NCBI GenBank assembly: GCA_964485575.1
Contig: CAZAJO010000006.1
Span: 8,990 to 72,989, forward strand
Direction: 5' to 3'
Source: an uncultured Gammaproteobacteria bacterium
GTDB lineage: Bacteria > Patescibacteriota > Microgenomatia > Levybacterales > GWA1-39-11
DNA: 64,000 nucleotides
Part shown: positions 45,125 to 54,196 of the stretch, piece after piece
How positions within the stretch are numbered: position 1 is the first letter of the stretch
Layout of the letters: the number at the start of each line of letters is the position of its first letter
Position numbers and translations under genes: made by a program
Notes under the pieces: generated by a model
Databases searched by the model: none
What the model was told of the DNA's origin: nothing
The model's input: the letters and a program-made list of their open reading frames with translations, nothing else

Positions 45125-45676
45125 ATGAAAACGTTCAAACAAATATCAAATATACTACTAGCTGTTTTTATATTCAGTCTGGTTCCAATAGTTTTATTTA
45201 TATTTGTTACTTCAAGATCACCAATACTATTTGGAATTCGTTCTTATGTTGTAGTTACGGGAAGTATGACTCCAGCACTGCCTATAGGAAGTATGGTATT
45301 TACCTATCCAAAAGCTACCTACAATATCGGTGAGATCATAACTTTTAAAAGAGGAAATATCACAATTACACACAGAATCAATGATGTAAAAGACGGGAAC
45401 TATATTACAAAAGGGGATGCAAATAGCTCTACCGACACTCAAATTGTCAGTAAATCCGATATAATTGGTCACGATGTAGCTGTTGTTCCTTTCATCGGAA
45501 GACTGACAGGATTTATCAAAACACCAATCGGGTTTGGGTTACTTTTGGGTATCCCAACTCTACTTTTTGTCTTTTTTGAAGCATGGCAGATGAAAAAGGA
45601 GTGGGAAAAGATAATTGAAAAAAGAGTTAGAGACAACCTTACTACAATAAATCCATTTCATGAATTAAAATTATGA
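45125..45676 (+). CDS. sipW: Signal peptidase I, SipW/ER-type (S26B)
   Basis: VVTGSMTP (Ser), ITHR (His), TKGDAN, VPFIG. Confidence 0.88.
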   Translation: MKTFKQISNILLAVFIFSLVPIVLFIFVTSRSPILFGIRSYVVVTGSMTPALPIGSMVFTYPKATYNIGEIITFKRGNITITHRINDVKDGNYITKGDANSSTDTQIVSKSDIIGHDVAVVPFIGRLTGFIKTPIGFGLLLGIPTLLFVFFEAWQMKKEWEKIIEKRVRDNLTTINPFHELKL

Positions 45677-46158
45677 ATAAGAAGCGAGGACTGATAGGAC
45701 TGTCATTGTTAGTAGCTTTTTGTCTCACTTTGGTAAGTACTTCTTTTGCAAAGTTTACGACATCTGCCACGGCAACAAATAATACATTTTCAACAGCTCT
45801 TGTCTTTGGTACTCCAACCCCCTCAGTATCACCTTCGCCTACTGTAGTCCCTACAACAACACCAACTCCTACTGTGACACCATCTGCTACTCCAACGCCT
45901 ACTGGAACAGGATGCACAAATAACGTTGTCGTTACAGGAGGAGGTACAGGTTCTAATACTTCAGCGACGGTAATTTGCGAAAATAACTCAACTACTACTC
46001 AAACCAACAATACAACTACGAATACTAATATTGATACAAGCTCAAACACTGGGGGAAATACTCAGAATGGAAATACAGGTGGGACAAATACAACAACAAG
46101 TGGTTCTTCAAATACGGTGACAGTTACAACATCCGGGTCCTCAAACACTACGCATTAA
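45673..46158 (+). CDS. Second SipW-cognate secreted protein, Thr/Pro/Gly-rich
   Basis: TSFAKFT..ATATNNTF signal similar to the TasA-like gene; PT repeats; T/N/G-rich tail. Confidence 0.75.
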   Translation: MNKKRGLIGLSLLVAFCLTLVSTSFAKFTTSATATNNTFSTALVFGTPTPSVSPSPTVVPTTTPTPTVTPSATPTPTGTGCTNNVVVTGGGTGSNTSATVICENNSTTTQTNNTTTNTNIDTSSNTGGNTQNGNTGGTNTTTSGSSNTVTVTTSGSSNTTH

Positions 46159-46688
46159 CTAACAGGAAGAGCTACAACTACAAATCTTTTTGAATCCAAA
46201 AATCCGGTACAGGTGTAGATAGTGACTCTACTGTCTTTTGTGTTGTCAATTATGTATGTCTGTGATGGATCAACAGTTGCTGTATATTCAACCTTGAACT
46301 CCTTTTTTACACCGTCATTCATCGTGATCCATATCTTTTGACCAGGCTTTACCTGTGGAAGATTTCCTAAAATACTTTTCCAGTTGTGACCATATATCAC
46401 GCTGTTCCCTTTACTTCCTGGCAAAGGAGTTGATTTAAGGTACGAAACACCATTACTTGTCGTTTCCCAAGATTTACCATGAATTGATGCTGGTACTATA
46501 GCTAAATTAGCTTTAATTGATGGGATTTCAATAGATTTTGGGAATTGTCCACCAGTATTTTGGATAACTTGAGGCTTTGCCTTGAAGGTTAGTGGATTTG
46601 AAAAGTTTCTTTGATACAGCAAATAAGCGGCAAAAGCCAAAAAACAGACTCCTACTATCAGAAATAACTTGGAAAAAAAGTTTTGCAT
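46155..46688 (-). CDS. Sortase
   Basis: N-terminal TM, IEIPSI, GNSVIYGHN (His), TIYTC (Cys), KRFVV (Arg). Confidence 0.92.
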   Translation of the reverse strand: MQNFFSKLFLIVGVCFLAFAAYLLYQRNFSNPLTFKAKPQVIQNTGGQFPKSIEIPSIKANLAIVPASIHGKSWETTSNGVSYLKSTPLPGSKGNSVIYGHNWKSILGNLPQVKPGQKIWITMNDGVKKEFKVEYTATVDPSQTYIIDNTKDSRVTIYTCTGFLDSKRFVVVALPVS

Positions 46689-46696
46689 GGTACTAA

Positions 46697-47311
46697 TTAC
46701 TTAGTATTTTTGCGCATGAAGAGGCCAATCAGAGTCATTAATACTCCAGCTCCGAAGACTGAGAGTACAAAAGTAATGTTACCTGTTGAAGCGAGTCCGA
46801 AAGATCCTTTAGCAGCTTGAACGATAGATCCTAGACCATCAGAACGGCCGTCTGTTCTACCATCTGTTCTTCCGTCAGTTCTACCGTCTCCACCACCTGA
46901 AGTAGTAGTTGTTGAATTACATGAATATGAGATGTTTTTAGCAACATATGGTACGTCATCAAGTCCCCATGCAGCACCTGATGGAACATAGATCCATCCT
47001 TGGCTTTCAAGTACGGCAATTTCTTGCTCAGATACTTCGGTCAATCTTTTCCAATTGGTTTGAATTCCAGCTCCATCAGTACCACAAAAACACTGCATTA
47101 ATGTATCTTGGGATAATGTGTAAACGGTATCAGAACCTGAGTGAAGAGCATTGTCTCCGGCGATTCCGTGTTGTCCACTTGGGTAGCTAGCTTTAACAGT
47201 TCCTGTAGGTGTTAAACATGATGCAGGAGTAACTTCTGCTGCCATAGCGGAATTAACTCCGGCTGTGCCGAGAAGAATTGCAGACGTCAATAATATAGAA
47301 TATAACTTCAT
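46697..47311 (-). CDS. Secreted protein with C-terminal LASTG sorting signal (probable sortase substrate)
   Basis: Signal peptide, Cys-containing domain, DGR[TS] x4 repeat, LASTG + TM + RKNTK. Confidence 0.8.
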   Translation of the reverse strand: MKLYSILLTSAILLGTAGVNSAMAAEVTPASCLTPTGTVKASYPSGQHGIAGDNALHSGSDTVYTLSQDTLMQCFCGTDGAGIQTNWKRLTEVSEQEIAVLESQGWIYVPSGAAWGLDDVPYVAKNISYSCNSTTTTSGGGDGRTDGRTDGRTDGRSDGLGSIVQAAKGSFGLASTGNITFVLSVFGAGVLMTLIGLFMRKNTK

Positions 47312-47328
47312 ATTAAATCAATTTTAGG

Positions 47329-47357
47329 ATTATAATATATACTTATAGGATTGTCAA
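47329..47357 (-). promoter_or_regulatory. Consensus sigma70 promoter for the LASTG protein and sortase
   Basis: TTGACA(47357-47352)-17 bp-TATAAT(47334-47329). Confidence 0.8.
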
Positions 47358-47360
47358 GCT

Positions 47361-50030
47361 CTACTTTGTGACCGACAAGGAGTAATCTTTGATGATCTTT
47401 ATTATCTGAGAGTCGTTTTTGTCTAAAGGTGAGATTCCAAAAGAATCATCCTCTTTTAGAGCCCAGTTCCAAAGAACTACCCCATCTATACCCTCTTTTT
47501 TAACTGAATTTAGGAATTCTGACAGTTCCAGCTCTCTATTCACCCTATTTCCATTATCATCAGATTTACTAAATCCAACCTCGCCAATAATAAGTGGCTT
47601 GTTATTGTTTCTTCTGACCTGTATGGCCCAGTCTTTGATGACAGTTGCAGTCTTTTGCTTTTCGTATTGTACGTAATAATGAGCTGTTGGAAGCGCACCC
47701 GGTGCAATGTCCCCTATATCGGAAAGGAAAGGTCCTGCGTCTCCCGTGTTATATATAGGAGTAAAACCTTCAGTTCCAAGCGTTATTATATGATTTGAAT
47801 CTAATGAATAGATAAATTCGCTTGTCTGCTTCATCCAGTTTGTCACTGTTTCGGTTTTTGAAGTTGTTGAGCTTCTTGGTTCATTCATAAGTTCCCAAGC
47901 CATAATTGAGGGTTGACGGCTTAAAGGTCTGTCGTTGAATTGGCTTTTGAACGTTATTACATGCTTTATGTAGTCCTGGAAGTTTTTTTGAACATTTTTG
48001 TCTGTAAAAAATGCGTCAAAATTGCTATTTGTGGAGTTTGGAAGATTATTCCAAGCTAAATATTGAGGAACCCCTCCATAATCTGCCCAATAATTTGAGA
48101 GAGTTATGATGAGCTTTATATCGTACTTTTCTGCTCTATCGACAATATACGCTAGTTTTTGAAGCTTCTCTTCATTGTAAACACCCGGTTGGGGTTGAAA
48201 TCCGTCTTCAGTCCCTTCACCAAAAGCCCAGAACCTCATTACTTTTATTCCGTTTTGGGAAGCCAATTTCATGGTTGAATCTATCTCTTCTTCACTTCTA
48301 TAGGCAAGATCGTACGAATTTACACCAATGAACTTAAATTCTTTGTTGTTTAAGGACAATGAAGAACCATCAAGAACAACAAAGTCTTTTGGATCTTCCT
48401 TTCTGACGTAAACGTTTGTATGCTTACCACGGAAGCTTAAGGTGTAGTGTGTTAAAAATGCACTTTTATTCTTTTTGACCAAAGATTCGTACACCTGGTC
48501 ACCTACATCACCATTTGCCATGACAATCCATTTGGCTTGACGCCGAGGGTCTGTGAGGGCATTTGTCCAATAATCCCCTGTTCCTTCGTGGATGAAGCGT
48601 TTCATAGGGATTCCTGTTGAAAAAGCAAGCGCATTGTTAAATGCAATTGAGGTTAAAATAAGACCATCTCTGTCCTTTGCAGTTGCTATCAGGTGATCTC
48701 TAACATCCTTCACATTCAAAGAGCTAGTACCAGAAACTCCATCAGTAAGGGTAATTATATTTTTCCCGATATAAAAACTTTGAAATTGAAGCATAATTAT
48801 GACCAAAAGAAGCACTTTCAAAAGAGCACTCTTTCTCACGATATATGAAGCAAAAAATGCTACAGCCGGAAGAATCATGAGTCCATATCTCACATTGAAC
48901 CAAGATGCACTAGCCTCCTGCGTAATTTTTACACCTAATTCAGGAACAATAAGAATTGAAAACCCTAATATGAGGGAGATTACATGGAAGGCAAAGGGAG
49001 ACAAAAGTGTGTAAACCGCAAGAGCTCCATCTTTTAGCTTTTCTCGCAGTACGTAAAACGCAAGACCAATGACGGAAAGAACCATAGGCACAAAACCAAT
49101 ATTGTCTACCATGGCTAACCAGTAGATCTTAAGAGATAGGAGCACGTCGTATTTGGAGACCAGAGATCCTGCAGCTTCAATCTTTGCTTGCTGTGCGTGA
49201 GCAGAATACGGACCATAGGCAAAGTAAAGCGGGTCATTGAAGATCAATAAGTTCCAGATGAGCCATGCTACTATTCCAAGTCCTCCAAGTACACCAAAAA
49301 GAATAAGCCTACCCTCAAGAAGCCTTACTAGACCACCTAGCCTTTTTTTGAAAGACTCTTTTGAATACAAAATAGCATCTTTGTAACTTATCAGAGACAA
49401 AGTCCCAAGCATCGCAAACAACAAGAACCATCCGTCATAGCGGGTTAATGTCGCTAAAAATACCCAGAAAGAAGGTAGGATCAAATTGATAGTTTTTTTG
49501 TCCTCAGTCCATTTGTAGAAAGAGTAACTAGCACTTGTAAAGAAGAGTAACAGAAGAAGCTCAGTCATAGGAGTTGACTGCATGTAAAGTACGTTAAGGT
49601 TTGTTGCAAAAAGCAGAGTGCCAAGTAGCGCTGTGATTTTTCCTTTCAAAGTGTGCTTTATGAATAGATAGACAACATATACTGTGGCAACATATGACAA
49701 CATAGACCAGATGGATCCTGCAAACCCCGACTGCCACAACGAATCATTCCAGACTAAAGTAAGCTTTAGTAGATGATCTAACGGGAGCCAAACAGAACCA
49801 ATCTGAGCAAGTCCTGGCTTCAAATTATCAACAACTAACCGTGCCATATTCATATGGGCACGAGCATCATTATAGGCAACTACCGTATCAAGCTTGAGAA
49901 AGACAAGATAGCTGATGATACTTAGTATTGCTGCCAATAGAGGCACCCATAGATCAGGTAAGTTGATTGTAATATAGGGCAACTTTATTTCTATATTGCC
50001 ACCAAATATTTTTTTAAGTAGATTTTTCAT
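47361..50030 (-). CDS. GT-C (ArnT/PMT-like) membrane glycosyltransferase fused to a GH5 glycoside hydrolase (mannanase-like)
   Basis: YNDARAH, GSVWLPL, QSTPMTE and LTRYDGW in the TM region; FIGVNSY, VMRFWAF, LSNYWADYGG, WELMNEPR and IIGEVG in the GH5 part. Confidence 0.85.
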   Translation of the reverse strand: MKNLLKKIFGGNIEIKLPYITINLPDLWVPLLAAILSIISYLVFLKLDTVVAYNDARAHMNMARLVVDNLKPGLAQIGSVWLPLDHLLKLTLVWNDSLWQSGFAGSIWSMLSYVATVYVVYLFIKHTLKGKITALLGTLLFATNLNVLYMQSTPMTELLLLLFFTSASYSFYKWTEDKKTINLILPSFWVFLATLTRYDGWFLLFAMLGTLSLISYKDAILYSKESFKKRLGGLVRLLEGRLILFGVLGGLGIVAWLIWNLLIFNDPLYFAYGPYSAHAQQAKIEAAGSLVSKYDVLLSLKIYWLAMVDNIGFVPMVLSVIGLAFYVLREKLKDGALAVYTLLSPFAFHVISLILGFSILIVPELGVKITQEASASWFNVRYGLMILPAVAFFASYIVRKSALLKVLLLVIIMLQFQSFYIGKNIITLTDGVSGTSSLNVKDVRDHLIATAKDRDGLILTSIAFNNALAFSTGIPMKRFIHEGTGDYWTNALTDPRRQAKWIVMANGDVGDQVYESLVKKNKSAFLTHYTLSFRGKHTNVYVRKEDPKDFVVLDGSSLSLNNKEFKFIGVNSYDLAYRSEEEIDSTMKLASQNGIKVMRFWAFGEGTEDGFQPQPGVYNEEKLQKLAYIVDRAEKYDIKLIITLSNYWADYGGVPQYLAWNNLPNSTNSNFDAFFTDKNVQKNFQDYIKHVITFKSQFNDRPLSRQPSIMAWELMNEPRSSTTSKTETVTNWMKQTSEFIYSLDSNHIITLGTEGFTPIYNTGDAGPFLSDIGDIAPGALPTAHYYVQYEKQKTATVIKDWAIQVRRNNNKPLIIGEVGFSKSDDNGNRVNRELELSEFLNSVKKEGIDGVVLWNWALKEDDSFGISPLDKNDSQIIKIIKDYSLSVTK

Positions 50031-50031
50031 A

Positions 50032-51552
50032 CTATTTTTTGTTTCTTGTTAAAATTGTTCCTGTCAAAAGTGTTAAAAATAGACCACTTGCTACTCCAAA
50101 AAGACCAAGGGCGTACTGATAAAGGCTTATTGATTTTCTAAAAAATGTATTGAAGACAAATGAGCCGGACACGTTTTTTTGAAGGTAATCCCAGTTGAGT
50201 AAGTAATTGTATTTCATGTGAAGTCCAGTTGCCTCATGGTATGGAGGAACTTGGTTTGTCGTTATAGCACCTAACGTATTTACCCCTATGCTATATACCC
50301 CGGTTGAGATCAAAGCTAGCAAAAACAGCCAATTTCTTCTGTAGACTTGGATGGCTTGTGCCAAAAGTATGCTTGCCAACCCAAAAACAGGAATCAGATA
50401 CCGAGGTCCAAATGCCCATCCTCCCCACGGATCTCCCCACGCGGAATAGACTGAAAATACTGTAACAATTGTTACAAAAAGCACAATAGCCTCATTCCTT
50501 GCCTTCTTGAGTAAACTCTTGATACCTAAGAACGCAAGAATAATAAATGGGGAGTAAAGAAATATTCCGCGATCATAACTCATAGAAAGAACAGCGCTTC
50601 CTTTCATAAGATCGTTATAGTTCAAAAAAGCTGCTGTATTATTTTCTTTTTTACCCTTTGGAATTACAGGTTGACCTGCTTTGTCTATTTTCCCAACAGA
50701 AATAACTGCCTGGGAAAGTTTGATGGGTTGACCATAGGTTGTCTGATTGTAAAACATCCATGCGGTAAACAAGGGAAGTACAAATAGCGCCCCATAAATA
50801 ATGGATTTTGAGACAGATATCTTTATCCTTTTTATTTTTGAGTCAACCCCACACTTCTGAAAGATCATAAAAAGAACAAATGGGGTGACAAACAGAACAT
50901 TTGGGGTATCTACAAGAAAAGCAAAAAATGCCAAAAGCCAAATAAATCCAGCGTTGACGATACTTCTTTTAGAAAGAATGAGTCTGAATATTGTCAAAAG
51001 AATCAATGTTGTCAGAAGGTGTTGATATATTGAAGTTGTGTAAGCCCAAGCGCTTGTTCCAAAAAGGAAAAGGCTTACTGATACAAGGCTAGGAAGAACA
51101 CCCATATTAAGTTTTCTACCAATACTTGTAACAACAGCAACTAAAAGCATTGCAATAACAATAGAGATAGAACCCGTAGCCAGTTGAGCGTATCCATAGA
51201 TTTTTCCAACCGCATAGAATGGTGCTGAAAGGAGCAGGAATCCCGGCGGATATAACCCAACGTACTTACCATTGTGGTATCCAAGATCCGGAAGAACTAT
51301 TCTTGCCACCTCAACAGGAAGAGTTGTTGAGTTGTATTCCATAAGAGCCAATAATTGAGCGTACCTATTCCTCTCCGGAGAATTTTCAAATGGAGCCCCA
51401 GCACTTTTTAGATTTTCTTCAATGTATTTCGCACTTGGGTTACCAGCAACTCCTTTAAGAGTTGATGTCAAAAGCACTGCAAAAACCACAACAATTACAA
51501 CAAAACTAAAGACCTTACCTATTGATTTAAATAACGATTTACTCATGTTCAT
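50032..51552 (-). CDS. Multi-pass membrane protein, GT-C-like
   Basis: YPPG, RGIFLYSP, WGGWAFGPRYLIP; about 10 TM helices. Confidence 0.7.
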   Translation of the reverse strand: MNMSKSLFKSIGKVFSFVVIVVVFAVLLTSTLKGVAGNPSAKYIEENLKSAGAPFENSPERNRYAQLLALMEYNSTTLPVEVARIVLPDLGYHNGKYVGLYPPGFLLLSAPFYAVGKIYGYAQLATGSISIVIAMLLVAVVTSIGRKLNMGVLPSLVSVSLFLFGTSAWAYTTSIYQHLLTTLILLTIFRLILSKRSIVNAGFIWLLAFFAFLVDTPNVLFVTPFVLFMIFQKCGVDSKIKRIKISVSKSIIYGALFVLPLFTAWMFYNQTTYGQPIKLSQAVISVGKIDKAGQPVIPKGKKENNTAAFLNYNDLMKGSAVLSMSYDRGIFLYSPFIILAFLGIKSLLKKARNEAIVLFVTIVTVFSVYSAWGDPWGGWAFGPRYLIPVFGLASILLAQAIQVYRRNWLFLLALISTGVYSIGVNTLGAITTNQVPPYHEATGLHMKYNYLLNWDYLQKNVSGSFVFNTFFRKSISLYQYALGLFGVASGLFLTLLTGTILTRNKK

Positions 51553-52325
51553 ATGACTCTTTTAATATTGTATAGAAAAAAAAGAATTCTTGAGTAGGTC
51601 AATCCAGCTGGGGTTAATAACGTTTTGAATTCTTCAATAGACACATCGTTTCCAATACAATATCTCGGAATTTCATAAAGAGAATTATTGGTATATAGGG
51701 CCGATTTCGTAGTAAAAGCAGCTGCATAGCCACTTTTCGAAACAACGTCTAGAACAGCATTATTATACTTTCCAAACGGGTAAGCAAAGTATCTGATTGT
51801 AGAACCTAACTTTTTTTCAAAGGTTCTTTTCGATATAGTTATTTCTTTTACCAGCTCTTTTTTGTCAATCTTTGACAAGTCTTTGTGATTTTCTGAGTGA
51901 TAGCCAACTACAATGTTGTCACTACTAATCTTTTTTAGATCTGCTAGGGACAAGGTGGCAAAACTGGGATTAGAACCTTCAAAAGTTCTTTTACCTGAAT
52001 TTCCTAAGGCAAAAAGAGTTACGGGGACATTATGTTTTTTAATAAGTGGTAATGCATTATTGGCAAAGGTCGTGTACCCATCATCAAAAGTTATTGCAAC
52101 CTGTCTTTTTTTCGATACAGATTTGATAATTTCATCTAAAGAAACTATTTTATAATTATCTTTCAAATATGCTAATTGTCTTTCAAACTCTATTTCTTTT
52201 GTCGAAAATTCCCAATCGCTTTCATCAATTGAATGATAGCAGAGGATTACTTTTTGATCATTGCTTTGAGTTTTATTTACAAAATTCAAGAGTTTTAAAA
52301 TTAATTTTTGGACATTCTTTTTCAT
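51549..52325 (-). CDS. Polysaccharide deacetylase (IcaB/PgaB-like CE4)
   Basis: ILCYHSI, VAITFDDGY, HSENH, FAYPFG, IPR. Confidence 0.9.
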   Translation of the reverse strand: MKKNVQKLILKLLNFVNKTQSNDQKVILCYHSIDESDWEFSTKEIEFERQLAYLKDNYKIVSLDEIIKSVSKKRQVAITFDDGYTTFANNALPLIKKHNVPVTLFALGNSGKRTFEGSNPSFATLSLADLKKISSDNIVVGYHSENHKDLSKIDKKELVKEITISKRTFEKKLGSTIRYFAYPFGKYNNAVLDVVSKSGYAAAFTTKSALYTNNSLYEIPRYCIGNDVSIEEFKTLLTPAGLTYSRILFFLYNIKRVI

Positions 52326-52329
52326 GGTT

Positions 52330-53292
52330 TTAGCTTGCTAAATACTTTTTCATGTATCTCATTGCATCTTTGCTAAACGGGTCAGTAGAACTTTCCGTGG
52401 CTACACATTGAACCGAGTAATAAATACTAAGGCTCTTGAAGAAATTTCTTTGGGTGTCTGTCGTTGCAAACGTAGACACAATCTTATCAGTGTAGCTTTT
52501 ACCCAATTTTTTGAAAAGATACCTACAAGTGATGGCTAGATCGGTGTAAGGTTCAGCTAGGCAAGCAATTTCTGTGTCAATTATGTACGCTCTTTTTTTT
52601 GAATACAGAATGTTGTCCAGATGCAAATCCCTGTGAGCCAATGTCAAATTTGAATTAACTTTTCTTAAATCATAACGGGCTTTGTAAAACAAAAAAGCAG
52701 TACTACATAAAAACATTATCTCGCTTGGTTTTTTAAGAATTGATTTTATTAAATATAGAAGAAAAGAGACTGTGATGTATGCTTTTCCTCTTTTAGGAAA
52801 ATTTCCCTTTTTATAAAATTTTGTTTTGCCGTTTTGGTAAAGATAATCTAGTATTTCGACAGTTAACCTATAGAGTTGCTCACTCTTCAAGTTTGAAACG
52901 GATTCACCTTCAATGAATTCCCTTTGTAAAATCAGGCTACCGTCCATATTTTGAAATTTTAAGATTTTTGGAAAAGTTATTGAAAAATTTCCATTAGTTT
53001 TTTTCTCTTCGTATTTAGAAAAAACCTCTAGCATGCTTGCTTCATTTAGCAACTGAAAGTATTTTAAATTTTTCAATTTAAAACTAAGTTTTTTTTCTAT
53101 ATAGCCCTTAGAGTTGTTATTAATAAGATTTACAGAGTACCCTAATTTTTTATCAGCGGCAGCAGATATGCTTTCTGAATTGCTTATTTTAAGCAGGTTT
53201 GCACCATTTATTCTGCTTTGTAAAGCTTGTTCGACTGGAGCTACTATCCAACCCCTCATTGCGTTACTGTATGTTAGATATTTATTAATCAT
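52330..53292 (-). CDS. APH/choline-kinase-like phosphotransferase
   Basis: YIEK, LLNE, REFIEG, LAHRDLHLDNIL, IIDTE. Confidence 0.8.
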   Translation of the reverse strand: MINKYLTYSNAMRGWIVAPVEQALQSRINGANLLKISNSESISAAADKKLGYSVNLINNNSKGYIEKKLSFKLKNLKYFQLLNEASMLEVFSKYEEKKTNGNFSITFPKILKFQNMDGSLILQREFIEGESVSNLKSEQLYRLTVEILDYLYQNGKTKFYKKGNFPKRGKAYITVSFLLYLIKSILKKPSEIMFLCSTAFLFYKARYDLRKVNSNLTLAHRDLHLDNILYSKKRAYIIDTEIACLAEPYTDLAITCRYLFKKLGKSYTDKIVSTFATTDTQRNFFKSLSIYYSVQCVATESSTDPFSKDAMRYMKKYLAS

Positions 53293-54194
53293 GTTCTTGT
53301 TGTCTTTGTACTAAACCACTCAAGCTTGTAGTTTTTTGAGAAAAACGAATAGAAGGGAATGCACAAAAGCTTTACTAGCGAAATGTATATAGTCCCAATT
53401 GGGTTTGCTTTCAAAGCTATTACAACACCCTCGAGAATAACTTTTTTTGGCCTAGAGAACTCTATTGAAAGTTGTTTCTGGTGCAGTAATCCAAGATCGT
53501 GCTTCGTCGCTTGAGGTGTGGACCTAAAAGCTTGTCTTAGATAATCCCTAATTGTTTTGGGGAGTTTATAAGAAACTTTTGACTCTTTTGCATATCTGAA
53601 GAGGTACCCTTTTGAAATGCATTCAAGGTATATGTAATCGTCATCTGCTGTAATCTCAGGTATAGTTAGGTTTTTGGCAAATTCGGCTCTTAACCCTAAG
53701 CATGCACCTGTGCATCCATAGATATTGTTGCCCGATTGTAAGCTTTCTCTTGTATGTAGGTATACAATTAATGTTGAGTAGATTGCTTTTTCTATAAAAC
53801 CTGAGGGCTTACTAGGATGAGAATTGCTACTTACAAGCATAACTTTTGGGTTCTGTAAAAATTTCTCTACATGCTTTGTTAATACACTATCGTTCTCTAA
53901 GGTCACATCAGCGTCAAGCAAAAGTATCACGTCACTACTAAAACTTCTCAAAAGGAAGTTAATTCTCAACCTTTTTCCTAATCTTTTCTGACCTGTAACT
54001 AACTTTAATTTTTTACTTTTTATACTTTTTACTTCGTTGTTTGTATTGTCAGTACTCCCATCAGAGACAACTATAATGTTCTTTAGCACAAAATTTGAAG
54101 TTTTTTGCTTGAGAATAGATTTTATTAAGTGTTTAATATTTTTCTCTTCGTTGTAGGCAGGAATTCCGATTGTAAGTGTTAATTTTTTAGCCAT
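53289..54194 (-). CDS. Glycosyltransferase family 2
   Basis: IGIPAYNEE, VVSDGSTDNT, LLDAD. Confidence 0.92.
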   Translation of the reverse strand: MAKKLTLTIGIPAYNEEKNIKHLIKSILKQKTSNFVLKNIIVVSDGSTDNTNNEVKSIKSKKLKLVTGQKRLGKRLRINFLLRSFSSDVILLLDADVTLENDSVLTKHVEKFLQNPKVMLVSSNSHPSKPSGFIEKAIYSTLIVYLHTRESLQSGNNIYGCTGACLGLRAEFAKNLTIPEITADDDYIYLECISKGYLFRYAKESKVSYKLPKTIRDYLRQAFRSTPQATKHDLGLLHQKQLSIEFSRPKKVILEGVVIALKANPIGTIYISLVKLLCIPFYSFFSKNYKLEWFSTKTTRT

Positions 54195-54196
54195 AT

